Shown piece by piece: positions 1 to 9,762 of a stretch of DNA of 64,000 nucleotides. Position 1 is the first letter of the stretch. Each line of letters opens with the position of its first letter. The notes beneath the pieces are model-generated. The model was not told where the DNA came from. It made no database searches and was given only the letters and a program-made list of their open reading frames with translations. Where the stretch lies: assembly GCA_965279515.1 (NCBI GenBank), contig CBDIID010000003.1, positions 1,184,001 to 1,248,000 of the forward strand, given 5' to 3'. This DNA comes from Turneriella sp. (GTDB taxonomy: Bacteria; Spirochaetota; Leptospiria; Turneriellales; Turneriellaceae). The position numbers and the translations under genes are program-made.

Positions 1-1420
1 AAAATTCGTCCCCCACCATGGGGATTTTATGGATGTTCTCTCACCGGTCGACGGTGGCAAGATTTCCAAGGTGCCGCTCTCTTCTGCCGAAGAACTCGAT
101 CAGGCAGTGATCAGCGCCCGGGCGGCGCTGGCTGCGTGGAGCGCCACAACGATCAAAGACCGCGTGCAAGTCTTCTTTAAATATAAGTCGCTGATGGAGC
201 GCGACATCGACGACCTCGCCTACCTGGTGCATGTCGAGAACGGCAAGACTATCGACGAAGCGGTCGCTGAAGTCAAAAAGGGGATTGAGGTCGCAGAGTT
301 TGCCTGCTCGCTGCCGCAGCTCGCCTCGGGCGAAGTTCTCGAAGTCAGCCGCGGTGTTGAGTGCCGCATCGATAAACACCCTGTCGGTGTCGTTGCCTGC
401 ATTGTCCCTTTCAACTTCCCGTTTATGGTGCCGAACTGGACGATACCCAACGCACTCGCGCTCGGCAACGTCATGGTGATGAAACCCTCTGAAGTTGTGC
501 CGCTCAGCTGTATCAAGATCGCCGAGCTCTTGAAAGAAGCGGGCCTGCCCGACGGCGTCTTCAACATCGTCAACGGCGACCGCGTGATCGTCGAAGGTAT
601 CTGTGACCACCCCGGCATCGACGCTGTGACATTTGTGGGATCAACCAAGGTGGCGAAATTGGTCTACCAGCGCGCCACGAAAAATCTCAAGCGCGCGCTC
701 TGCCTCGGTGGCGCGAAAAATCACCTGATCGTTTTGCCCGACGCCAACCCCGATATGACGGCGAACAACATCATCGCCTCGATGGCGGGCTGCGCAGGGC
801 AACGCTGCATGGCCGCCTCGGCGATGGTCGGCGTCGGCAAGATCGACGCGATCATGGATAAGATCGTCGATGAGGCCAAGAAGGTTGTGCCGGGTGTCAA
901 TCTCGGTGCCGTCATTTCGCTGCAGGCGAAAGAGCGCATCGAAGGTTATATCACCGAAGCCGAAAAAGGCGGTGCGCGCATTCTGCTCGACGGCCGCAAT
1001 TTTAAGGTTAAGGGAAAAGAAGACGGCTACTATGTCGGTCCGACGGTGATCGACAATGTTTCTCCCGACATGAAAATCGCGCAGGAAGAGGTTTTCGGAC
1101 CGGTTCTTGCTATCATGCGGACTAATACCGTGGACGAAGCCATCGCGATCGAAAACAAAAACCCCTACGGCAATGCCGCGGCTGTATTCACACAGTCAGG
1201 TGGCATGGCGCGTTACGTTGCTGACCGCGCGTCGGCCGGCATGATCGGCGTCAACATCGGTGTGCCGGTACCGCGCGAACCGTTCTCGTTCGGCGGCTGG
1301 AACGACAGCAAGTTCGGCGCGGGTGACATTACCGGTAAGAGTTCGATTGAATTCTTTACTAAACCGAAAAAAACCACAGTGAAATGGAACGCCGAAGCCA
1401 AAGCCAATTGGATGAGCTGA
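1..1420 (+). CDS. mmsA: CoA-acylating (methyl)malonate-semialdehyde dehydrogenase, probably 5'-truncated by the window edge
   Basis: ALDH fold with PFNFP, KPSE, FVGST, GGAKNH, catalytic GQRCMA, EEVFGPV and FSFGGW motifs. The frame is open from position 2 (KFVPHHGDFMDVLSP), so the true start is likely upstream. Confidence 0.92.
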   Translation, partial: KFVPHHGDFMDVLSPVDGGKISKVPLSSAEELDQAVISARAALAAWSATTIKDRVQVFFKYKSLMERDIDDLAYLVHVENGKTIDEAVAEVKKGIEVAEFACSLPQLASGEVLEVSRGVECRIDKHPVGVVACIVPFNFPFMVPNWTIPNALALGNVMVMKPSEVVPLSCIKIAELLKEAGLPDGVFNIVNGDRVIVEGICDHPGIDAVTFVGSTKVAKLVYQRATKNLKRALCLGGAKNHLIVLPDANPDMTANNIIASMAGCAGQRCMAASAMVGVGKIDAIMDKIVDEAKKVVPGVNLGAVISLQAKERIEGYITEAEKGGARILLDGRNFKVKGKEDGYYVGPTVIDNVSPDMKIAQEEVFGPVLAIMRTNTVDEAIAIENKNPYGNAAAVFTQSGGMARYVADRASAGMIGVNIGVPVPREPFSFGGWNDSKFGAGDITGKSSIEFFTKPKKTTVKWNAEAKANWMS

Positions 1421-1442
1421 TACAAAGGAAATCCTACTCAAC

Positions 1443-2783
1443 ATGAAGAAGCAAACTAAAGAAGAAACAATCCAGGGGGCACTGAAGCACACCCTGTTCT
1501 CATGGTCAAAACAGGGCGGCCTCAACCCGCCGGTCATCGACCGCGCCGAGGGGATCTACCTCTGGGACACTGACGGCAAACGTTATATCGATTTCTCTTC
1601 GCAGCTGATCAACGTCAACATCGGGCATGGCAATAAAAAGGTGCGCGATGCGGTCATGGCGCAGATGGACAAAGTCAGCTACGTCGTGCCCGGCATGATT
1701 ACCGAGGCGCGCAGCCAGCTCGGCGAGATGCTGGCAAAGATTGCACCCGGCGATCTCAACCGTACCTTCTTTACTTTGGGCGGCGCTGAGGCCATTGAAA
1801 ATGCCGTTAAGCTCGCACGGCATTATACCGGCCGGCACAAAATTCTCGCGGCATACCAGTCATTCCACGGCGCCTCGTACGGTGCTTTTTCCGTGGGCGG
1901 CGACCCGCGCCGGCTCGAAGTCGACAAGCAGCAGATGCCGAATGTTGTGCACTTTGAAAATCCCTATTGCTACCGCTGCCCCTGGTCGCAAAAGATCGAA
2001 AGCTGCAAACGCGAGTGCGTCTCACACCTCGAACGCATCATCAAATTCGAAGGCCCTGAAAATATCGCCGCGATCGTGCTCGAAGGCGAATCGGGTTCGT
2101 CGGGCTGCATCAAGTACCCGCCGGATTATTTACAGAAGGTGAGAAGCCTCTGCGACAAGCATGGTATTCTCATGATCGACGACGAAGTCATGAGCGGATT
2201 CGGCCGCACGGGTAAATGGTTCGGCATTGAAAACTACGGCGTTGTGCCCGACATACTGTGCATGGCGAAGGGTCTCACTTCGGGTTATCTGCCCTTAGGC
2301 GGAATTATCGTTTCGGAAAAAATTGCGCAGCATTACGATGAACGTTTTATGCCGCTGGGCCTCACCTACTCAGCGCATGCGGCCTCTTGCGCCGCCGGCG
2401 TTGCGGTCCTTGAAGTTTATGAAGAAGAGAAGCTCATCCAGAACGCGGAGAAGATGGGTAACTATTTCATCAAAAAATTGAACGAAATGAAAGCCAAACA
2501 TCCGTCGATAGGGGACATCCGCATGACGGGGCTTTTAGGTGCGATTGAGCTGGTGAAGAACCGTGACACAAAAGAACCGATTGCGCCCTGGAATGCCAAG
2601 GCGAATGAACTTGAAATCACCAACAAGATCATGGCGAAGCTGAAAGAGCTCGGCATGTATACCTTTGTGCGCTGGAACTACATTTTCATCGCGCCGCCGC
2701 TCATTATCACCGAAGCGCAGGCCGACGAAGGTTTGGCAATCATTGCAGAAGCGATTAAAATTGCAGACGGGTACTGCGTTTGA
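1443..2783 (+). CDS. Class III PLP aminotransferase, likely beta-alanine/omega-amino acid:pyruvate transaminase
   Basis: SFHG, DEVMSGFGRTG and MAKGLTSGYLPLG (PLP lysine) motifs; lies in the pyrimidine catabolic operon. Confidence 0.88.
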   Translation: MKKQTKEETIQGALKHTLFSWSKQGGLNPPVIDRAEGIYLWDTDGKRYIDFSSQLINVNIGHGNKKVRDAVMAQMDKVSYVVPGMITEARSQLGEMLAKIAPGDLNRTFFTLGGAEAIENAVKLARHYTGRHKILAAYQSFHGASYGAFSVGGDPRRLEVDKQQMPNVVHFENPYCYRCPWSQKIESCKRECVSHLERIIKFEGPENIAAIVLEGESGSSGCIKYPPDYLQKVRSLCDKHGILMIDDEVMSGFGRTGKWFGIENYGVVPDILCMAKGLTSGYLPLGGIIVSEKIAQHYDERFMPLGLTYSAHAASCAAGVAVLEVYEEEKLIQNAEKMGNYFIKKLNEMKAKHPSIGDIRMTGLLGAIELVKNRDTKEPIAPWNAKANELEITNKIMAKLKELGMYTFVRWNYIFIAPPLIITEAQADEGLAIIAEAIKIADGYCV

Positions 2784-4654
2784 AGAAAAAAGCCAAGCCT
2801 AAAAAAACTGCGCGTCCGGTAAAAAAACCAGCCGCGCGTAAAAAAGAAAAAGAGCCAGAATTCCTGGAGTACCGCCCGCTGACGCCGGCTGAAACAGACC
2901 CGACGGGAATCTCCTCATCGCCGCTCTACAGTGAAGACCTGGCGCCGATCGGCGCATCGGGGCGCACTTGGAGCACATGGAGCCTCGCGGCACTCTGGGT
3001 GGGCATGGCGGTGTGCATACCTACCTACATGCTTTCTTCTTTTATGATCAAATCGGGCGTCAGCTGGTATGCATCGCTCATCATCATCGCCCTCGCCAAT
3101 ATTATTATCACCGTCCCGATGGTCCTGAACGGCCATGCCGGCGTGAAGTATGGCATCCCCTTCCCTGTGTTCGGGCGCTCGTCGTTTGGCACGAGGGGTA
3201 TCCATGCGCCGTCGATTGTGCGCGGTCTTGTCGCCTGCGGCTGGTTCGGCATTCAAACCTGGATCGGCGGCCTGGCTTTTTATGCAATCTGGTGTGCTGT
3301 CACGGGCGCCGAAGCTGAGCGGGGTTTATCCATCGGCAAGTTCGTCGGCTTTTTCCTGTTCTGGCTCGTGAATATGTATTTCATCTACAAGGGCACAGAA
3401 AGTATTAAATGGCTCGAGAACATTTCTGCGCCTTTCCTTTTGATTTTTGGTGTGGCGCTCATTGCCTGGGGCGCCATGGAATCGAAAGGCTTCGGCATTG
3501 TACTTAAAGAGAGCAAACAGCTCGAACGCCCCACGGCGAAGCTCGTCAGCGACGGCGAAGATTTGATTTTACGCATCGAGCCGATCAAAAACCGCGAAGG
3601 TGAGTTCAAGGCAAGCGCGTATCAACTGAGCTATCCCAACGCCACGAAAAAAACCATTAAATCCTCATGGACTCCGCTCTCGGGAAAAAAGGCCAACCTC
3701 ATCACCTTACCACCTGACGAAGTTGATCTTGCAGCCATCACGGGCGGCTCAGGCAAATTGACAGTGCGTTTCCGCGCAGAGAAGCCCAGCGCTTCTGCCG
3801 AGAAAAAAAGTTATATCTATTCGAGCACCATCACGGTGGCAAAACCCAGAACCGAGGCCGATTCGGGCTGGGATAAAATCTGGACACACATTCTCTGGCT
3901 GACGGCGATGGTTGGCTTCTGGGCGACGATGGCGATTTCGATCGGTGACATCACGCGCTATGCCCCTTCACAGAAAGAGCAGATCGCCGGGCAGTTCCTG
4001 GGATTACCCGGTACAATGATCCTGTTCTCGTTTGTGGGCATCTTCGTCACCGTTGCGGCAACGCTCAATTTTTCGAACGTGCTCGTGGGTGAAGATGCGC
4101 CGTGGGATCCCGTGACGCTGCTCAACAACTTCAAATCGCCGGCCGTTGTCGTGGTCTCGCAGGTATTCATGATCATTGCAACCTTAAGCACCAATATCGC
4201 GGCCAACGTGATCGCACCGGCTTATGCATTCTCGAACGCGCTGCCTAAAAAGATTTCATTCCGCACGGGCGGCCTGATCACCGGAGTTCTCGGGATTATC
4301 ATCTGCCCCTGGTGGCTGATGGATGAAATTTCGGGGCTGCTGATATTTATCAGCGGCCTTTTGGGGCCAGTGCTGGGCATTCTGATCTGTGATTATTTTT
4401 CTATTCGCAAGACACGCCTCAATGTCAACGAGCTCTTCCGGGAAAACGGCATCTATAGTTATGGCGGTTCGGGCATAAATTCGGCGGCGATCATTGCCAT
4501 GGTTTTGGGCATCGCTATCGCGCTGGCGGGATATTTTATTCCGGCGCTGTCATTTCTATTCAAGCTTTCATGGTTCACGGGTTTTACGGTGGCGTATATC
4601 ACCTACTATATTCTGGCCAGGCGCATGGTAGCGTCGGGCCAGCTGCGGGTTTAA
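2780..4654 (+). CDS. NCS1 nucleobase:cation symporter with a large soluble insertion
   Basis: WVGMAVCIPTY, KYGIPFPV.GRSSFG.RG, CGWFGIQTW, DITRYA and STNIAAN motifs; about 12 hydrophobic segments; TTG start overlaps the upstream stop. Confidence 0.9.
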   Translation: MKKKAKPKKTARPVKKPAARKKEKEPEFLEYRPLTPAETDPTGISSSPLYSEDLAPIGASGRTWSTWSLAALWVGMAVCIPTYMLSSFMIKSGVSWYASLIIIALANIIITVPMVLNGHAGVKYGIPFPVFGRSSFGTRGIHAPSIVRGLVACGWFGIQTWIGGLAFYAIWCAVTGAEAERGLSIGKFVGFFLFWLVNMYFIYKGTESIKWLENISAPFLLIFGVALIAWGAMESKGFGIVLKESKQLERPTAKLVSDGEDLILRIEPIKNREGEFKASAYQLSYPNATKKTIKSSWTPLSGKKANLITLPPDEVDLAAITGGSGKLTVRFRAEKPSASAEKKSYIYSSTITVAKPRTEADSGWDKIWTHILWLTAMVGFWATMAISIGDITRYAPSQKEQIAGQFLGLPGTMILFSFVGIFVTVAATLNFSNVLVGEDAPWDPVTLLNNFKSPAVVVVSQVFMIIATLSTNIAANVIAPAYAFSNALPKKISFRTGGLITGVLGIIICPWWLMDEISGLLIFISGLLGPVLGILICDYFSIRKTRLNVNELFRENGIYSYGGSGINSAAIIAMVLGIAIALAGYFIPALSFLFKLSWFTGFTVAYITYYILARRMVASGQLRV

Positions 4655-4667
4655 AGGAAGGAGAAAA

Positions 4668-6062
4668 ATGTCTGTACTGATTAAAAATGGCCGCATCGTA
4701 ACCGCAGTCGACGACTACCATGCCGACATCTTCATCGAAAAAGAGACGGTTAGTCTCATCGGAGTAAATCTCTCCGTCAAAGCCGACACGGTGATTGACG
4801 CCAAAGGCAAGCTGGTTATCCCCGGCGGTATCGATCCGCACACACATCTCGACATGCCTTTTGGCGGCACGACCTCGGCCGACGATTTTGAGACGGGCAC
4901 GCGCGCCGCGGCGCATGGCGGTACAACCACCATTATCGATTTTGCCATACAGCAAAAGGGTGAATCCACCATAGCGGCTCTCGACACCTGGCACAAAAAA
5001 GCCGAGGGCAAAACCGCGATCGACTATGCCTTTCACATGATCATTACGGACATGCTGGATGATCGCCTGCCGGAAATGAAAAGGCTCGCCGGCGAAGGTG
5101 TAACATCGTACAAAATGTTCATGGCCTACCCCGGTGTGTTCTATGCCGACGACGGCATGATTTTTCGCGCGATGCGCAAGGCGGGTGAAGACGGCACCGT
5201 GGTCTGCATGCATGCCGAGAACGGCATCGTCATCGACGAGATCGTCAAGAGTGCGCGTGCCGCCGGAAAAAAAGCGCCGATCTGGCATGCCTTAACGCGC
5301 CCGACGCGTATGGAGGCTGAAGGTGTACACCGCGCGATCTCCATAGCGGAAGTCGCAAAGGTTCCGATCTACATCGTGCATTTGTCGTCGTCGGATGCCC
5401 TCGTTGAAGTCATGCGTGCACGCGACCGCGGCGTCCATGCCTTTGCCGAAACCTGCCCGCAGTATCTTTTTCTCGACCAGAGCTATTATGAAAAGGCGGC
5501 CTTCGAAGGCGCGAAGTATGTCATGACTCCGGCGCTGCGTGAAAAATGGAACCAGGATGAACTGTGGCGCGGCCTCAGGTTCGGCGATCTGCAATCCGTC
5601 GCCACCGACCATTGCCCGTTTTGTTTTAACGGACAGAAGGAACTGGGTAAAGATGACTTTACCAAAATTCCCAATGGCGCGCCGGGTGTAGAGAACCGCA
5701 TGAGCCTCATGTATAATGGCGGCGTTGTCGGTAACAAGATCACACTCAATAAATTTGTCGATCTGACTTCGACTTTTGCGGCGAAGATGTTTGGCCTGTT
5801 CCCGCGCAAGGGTACGATCGCCGTGGGCAGTGATGCCGACATCGTGATCTTCGATCCGAACCGCAAAGAGAAAATCAGCATTCACAACCCGGTCACCCAC
5901 CACATGAAGGTCGACTTCAGTACCTACGAAGGTTTCGAAGTCACAGGCTTTACCGAAACCGTGCTTTCGCGCGGCAAAGTCGTCATCGATAAATGCGAAT
6001 ACGTCGGCAAAAAAGGCGACGGGCAATTTATCAAAAGAGGATTGTATTCGGGAGTGATTTAA
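4668..6062 (+). CDS. hydA: Dihydropyrimidinase (D-hydantoinase)
   Basis: PGGIDPHTH metal motif, GGTTTIIDF, SYKMFMAY, HAENG, TDHCPF and PNGAPGVE; RBS AAGGAG upstream. Confidence 0.95.
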   Translation: MSVLIKNGRIVTAVDDYHADIFIEKETVSLIGVNLSVKADTVIDAKGKLVIPGGIDPHTHLDMPFGGTTSADDFETGTRAAAHGGTTTIIDFAIQQKGESTIAALDTWHKKAEGKTAIDYAFHMIITDMLDDRLPEMKRLAGEGVTSYKMFMAYPGVFYADDGMIFRAMRKAGEDGTVVCMHAENGIVIDEIVKSARAAGKKAPIWHALTRPTRMEAEGVHRAISIAEVAKVPIYIVHLSSSDALVEVMRARDRGVHAFAETCPQYLFLDQSYYEKAAFEGAKYVMTPALREKWNQDELWRGLRFGDLQSVATDHCPFCFNGQKELGKDDFTKIPNGAPGVENRMSLMYNGGVVGNKITLNKFVDLTSTFAAKMFGLFPRKGTIAVGSDADIVIFDPNRKEKISIHNPVTHHMKVDFSTYEGFEVTGFTETVLSRGKVVIDKCEYVGKKGDGQFIKRGLYSGVI

Positions 6063-6139
6063 AACCCCACCCTACCCTCCCCTTATAGGGGAGGGACTTG
6101 CTCCCCTCTCCTATAAGGAGAGGGGCTGGGGGTGAGGTT
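6063..6139. repeat. REP-like doublet: two inverted hairpin units
   Basis: Hairpins CCCTCCCCT-TAT-AGGGGAGGG (6075-6095) and CCCCTCTCCT-ATA-AGGAGAGGGG (6103-6125), enclosed by outer arms AACCCCACCC / GGGTGAGGTT (one mismatch). Confidence 0.75.
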
Positions 6140-6151
6140 AAGGAGAAAAAT

Positions 6152-7018
6152 ATGTCAAGAATGGTAAAATCAGGATTGATCCAGTGCGCACTACCGATAT
6201 CGGAAGGCGAAGGCACGATTCCGGAAATCGTCGAGGCGATGATACAGAAGCACATCCCGTTCATTGAAGAAGCGGGTAAAAAAGGCGTACAGATTCTCTG
6301 CTTACAGGAGATTTTCAATACACCGTATTTTTGCCCGGGACAAGACCCAAAATGGTATGAGAGTGCAGAGCTCGTGCCGGGGCCTACAACCGAACGCCTG
6401 GCCGAGTATGCAAAAAAATATAAGATGGTCATCGTCGTACCTATCTACGAACGCGAGCAAGCGGGTTTTCTCTACAACACCGCGGCCGTCATCGACGCCG
6501 ACGGCAAATACCTTGGCAAGTATCGCAAGAACCACATACCGCAGACATCCGGCTTTTGGGAGAAATTTTATTTCAAACCAGGCAACCTCGGTTATCCCGT
6601 GTTTGAAACTGCCTATGCAAAAGTAGGAGTTTACATTTGTTATGACCGGCATTTCCCCGACGGCGCACGGGCGCTGGGCCTTAACGGCGCCGAGATCGTC
6701 TATAATCCGTCGGCAACGGTGAAGGGCCTGTCGCGTCACCTTTGGCAGATCGAGCAACCGGCGCACGCTGCTGCAAACGGTTATTTCATGGGATGCATCA
6801 ACCGCGTCGGCACAGAGAAGCCCTGGAACCTCGGCCAGTTTTACGGCACATCTTACTTCGTCGATCCGCGCGGGCAGATTTTCGCGCAAGCTTCTGAAGA
6901 TAAAGACGAACTGCTCATCGCCGATTTTGACCTGCATATGATCGATGAGGTGAGGTCGGTCTGGCAGTTCTACCGTGACCGCAGGCCTGAAACCTACGGT
7001 GATCTGACGCGTCTATAA
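6152..7018 (+). CDS. Beta-ureidopropionase (nitrilase superfamily)
   Basis: Catalytic triad motifs CLQE, YRKNHIP and ICYDRHFP; C-terminal YRDRRPE. Start moved to ATG 6152 behind RBS AAGGAG; the ORF-track start lies inside the repeat. Confidence 0.92.
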   Translation: MSRMVKSGLIQCALPISEGEGTIPEIVEAMIQKHIPFIEEAGKKGVQILCLQEIFNTPYFCPGQDPKWYESAELVPGPTTERLAEYAKKYKMVIVVPIYEREQAGFLYNTAAVIDADGKYLGKYRKNHIPQTSGFWEKFYFKPGNLGYPVFETAYAKVGVYICYDRHFPDGARALGLNGAEIVYNPSATVKGLSRHLWQIEQPAHAAANGYFMGCINRVGTEKPWNLGQFYGTSYFVDPRGQIFAQASEDKDELLIADFDLHMIDEVRSVWQFYRDRRPETYGDLTRL

Positions 7019-7026
7019 GGGGATTT

Positions 7027-8373
7027 ATGCCACTGAAAGCCAAACGACTTAAAACGGAAGAATACGCCGAAAATTTTTCCGATATCCATCCGCCGCTCAC
7101 CGACACGCGCGCGCAGGTTGAATCGAACCGCTGCCTCTACTGCTACGATGCACCATGCACCAAGGCCTGCCCGACATCGATCGATGTACCACACTTCATT
7201 AAACAGATTTCGTCGGGCAATATCAAGGGCTCGGCGCACACCATCTTAAGCTCGAACATCATGGGCGGCGGCTGTGCGCGTGTCTGCCCCACGGAAAAAC
7301 TCTGCGAAGGTGCCTGCGTTCTCAACGGATTGCACCATGAGCCGATTCCGATCGGCCTCTTGCAGCGCCACGCCACTGACCGGGCATTCCAGAATAAATG
7401 GAAGTTGTTCGAGAGAAAACCCTCAATTGGCAAAAAAGTTGCGGTCGTCGGTGCCGGCCCCGCGGGGCTCGCCTGTGCGCATGCCCTGTCGCGCGAAGGT
7501 GTCGATGTTACAATTTTCGAAAAAGAAAACCTGAGCGGTGGCCTCATGACCTACGGCATCGCTGCCTACAAGGTCACGCCCGAATTCTGCAAAGAAGAAG
7601 TCGATTATATCCTGAATATCGGCGGCATCGATGTCAAATACGGCCAGGCGCTCGGCAAACAGGTTTCACTCGAAAAACTCGAGCAGGATTACGACGCGGT
7701 TTTTCTCGGCATGGGGCTCGGCAATACGCGCAAGCTCGAGATTGCGGGTGAGGATCTTCAGGGAGTCGAAGACGCCATCTCCTTTATCTATGACATACGC
7801 ACTAACCCTGCGGAAAAAATTGCTGTCGGTGACCGCGTTGCCGTGATCGGCATGGGTATGACAGCCATCGACGCTGCGACGCAGTCAAAACGTCTCGGTG
7901 CGAGCGAAGTGACGATGATCTACCGCCGCACAAAGCACGAGATGCCATGCACACAAAAGGAATTTGATCTCGCGATGCTCGACGGCTGCCAGGTCGTGTG
8001 GCTTGCCTCACCCAAAGAAATTACCGGCAAGGACGGTCATGTTTCGGCCATTATCTGCGATGAAATGACGCTCGGCAAACCCGATGCCTCAGGCAGGCGC
8101 GCGCCCGAACCGACCGGCAAAACCATAACGCTCGACGTCGATATGGTGATCAAAGCGACCGGACAAATTCCTTTCGAAGGACTTTTCGGTAAAGTTGATC
8201 TCAAGAATAAGAACGGTAAGATTGCGGTGAATGAGCTGCGCCAAACCAGCCGCGAAAAGATTTTTGCCGGCGGCGACTGCGTCAACGGCGGCGCCGAAGT
8301 TGTCAATGCCGTACAGGACGGCAAAGACGCCGCGCGCGGAATACTGAAACTCATGGGGGTACAAAATGGCTGA
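7027..8373 (+). CDS. preT: Dihydropyrimidine dehydrogenase subunit PreT (GltD-like flavoprotein with Fe-S clusters)
   Basis: RCLYCYDAPCTKACP, CARVCP..LCEGAC, GAGPAG and GMGMTAID motifs; adjacent to preA. Confidence 0.92.
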   Translation: MPLKAKRLKTEEYAENFSDIHPPLTDTRAQVESNRCLYCYDAPCTKACPTSIDVPHFIKQISSGNIKGSAHTILSSNIMGGGCARVCPTEKLCEGACVLNGLHHEPIPIGLLQRHATDRAFQNKWKLFERKPSIGKKVAVVGAGPAGLACAHALSREGVDVTIFEKENLSGGLMTYGIAAYKVTPEFCKEEVDYILNIGGIDVKYGQALGKQVSLEKLEQDYDAVFLGMGLGNTRKLEIAGEDLQGVEDAISFIYDIRTNPAEKIAVGDRVAVIGMGMTAIDAATQSKRLGASEVTMIYRRTKHEMPCTQKEFDLAMLDGCQVVWLASPKEITGKDGHVSAIICDEMTLGKPDASGRRAPEPTGKTITLDVDMVIKATGQIPFEGLFGKVDLKNKNGKIAVNELRQTSREKIFAGGDCVNGGAEVVNAVQDGKDAARGILKLMGVQNG

Positions 8374-9673
8374 TCTAAGTACAAACTTTCTCGGGATTAA
8401 ATCCCCGAACCCGTTCTGGCTGGCCTCGGCGCCGCCAACAGATAAGAAATTCAACACCGACCGCGCCTTCGAAGCCGGCTGGGGTGGCGTCGTCTGGAAA
8501 ACACTGGGCGACCAGGTACGCAACGTGTCATCGCGCTACGGCGCCGTGGACTTCTTTGGCCAAAAAGTCATGGGGCTCAACAATATCGAACTCATCTCTG
8601 ACCGGCCGCTCGATGTGAACCTCAAGGAAATCGCCGCAACGGTGCGCGAATGGCCTGACCGCGCGATTGTCATTTCGCTGATGGCCTGCACCGAACGCGA
8701 GGCCTGGCATGACCTCGTGAAACGTACGCAGGATACCGGCTGCCACGGCTTCGAACTCAACTTCGGCTGCCCGCATGGTATGAGCGAGCGCGGCATGGGG
8801 TCGGCCGTGGGGCAAGACCCGCAGATCGCGGCAATGATTGTCGAATGGGTAATGGAAGTGGCAAAGATTCCTGTGATCGTGAAACTCACGCCAAATGTGC
8901 ACTCCGTTGTACCTGCGGGTCAGGCCGTCGTCAAGGCCGGTGCAGATGCGCTGTCGCTGATCAATACGATTCAATCCGTGGTCGGCGTCGATCTCGATAC
9001 GCTGATTCCCTACCCCACCGTCGGAAACAGTTCGGCTTTCGGCGGTTATTGCGGTCCGGCGGTAAAACCAATCGCTCTCAAGATGCTGACGACCATCGCC
9101 CAGGACCCCATCACCAACAAGGTACCGATTTCAGGCATCGGTGGGATTACCACCTGGCGCGACGCCGCAGAGTTCATTCTCCTGGGATCGACCTCGGTGC
9201 AGGTCTGTACCGCCGCGATGAAATACGGCTTTCGTATCATCGACGACCTCTGCGAGGGACTCAGCAACTGGATGGACGAAAAAGGTTACAAAACACTCGA
9301 CGATTTCCGCGGCAAATCTGTTGAAAAGATCACCAAATGGGAATCGCTCGATCTCAACTACCACATCGTCGCCAACATTAACCAGGATACCTGCATCAAG
9401 TGCGGTCTCTGCTATATTGCCTGCGAAGACACCTCACACCAGGCGATTAATATCACCCGGGGCGAGCACCAGAATAAGTATGAGATCAATGAACCCGAAT
9501 GTGTGGGTTGCAATCTCTGCAAGCTGATGTGTCCGGTGGAAAACTGTATTACCATGGTCGAGCACCCGAAAGGCAAATACCTGAATTGGGCAGAATTTTC
9601 GCAGACCGATAACGGCCTGCAAAAATTTTCACCCTCGGCCTCCCCGACGCCCAACCCGAATATCCATAGTTAA
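8366..9673 (+). CDS. preA: Dihydropyrimidine dehydrogenase subunit PreA
   Basis: NPFWLASAPP, LNNIELIS, ELNFGCPHGM and KLTPN motifs; two C-terminal CxxCxxCxxxC 4Fe-4S motifs. Confidence 0.95.
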   Translation: MADLSTNFLGIKSPNPFWLASAPPTDKKFNTDRAFEAGWGGVVWKTLGDQVRNVSSRYGAVDFFGQKVMGLNNIELISDRPLDVNLKEIAATVREWPDRAIVISLMACTEREAWHDLVKRTQDTGCHGFELNFGCPHGMSERGMGSAVGQDPQIAAMIVEWVMEVAKIPVIVKLTPNVHSVVPAGQAVVKAGADALSLINTIQSVVGVDLDTLIPYPTVGNSSAFGGYCGPAVKPIALKMLTTIAQDPITNKVPISGIGGITTWRDAAEFILLGSTSVQVCTAAMKYGFRIIDDLCEGLSNWMDEKGYKTLDDFRGKSVEKITKWESLDLNYHIVANINQDTCIKCGLCYIACEDTSHQAINITRGEHQNKYEINEPECVGCNLCKLMCPVENCITMVEHPKGKYLNWAEFSQTDNGLQKFSPSASPTPNPNIHS

Positions 9674-9762
9674 GGTGAAACAGCGACTATCCGCAGAATA
9701 GAAAACTTTTTTACGGCCCTGCTCGCTTTTTAAGAGAAGGCATCCGAAAAAAGGCTGTCATT

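Noticed and set aside
6098..6151. N-terminal extension of the ureidopropionase, and similar extensions at 31807-31905, 34942-35097 and 60324-60671
   Set aside because: These are upstream in-frame readings through repeats or neighbouring genes; better starts with an RBS, overlap or promoter spacing lie downstream.
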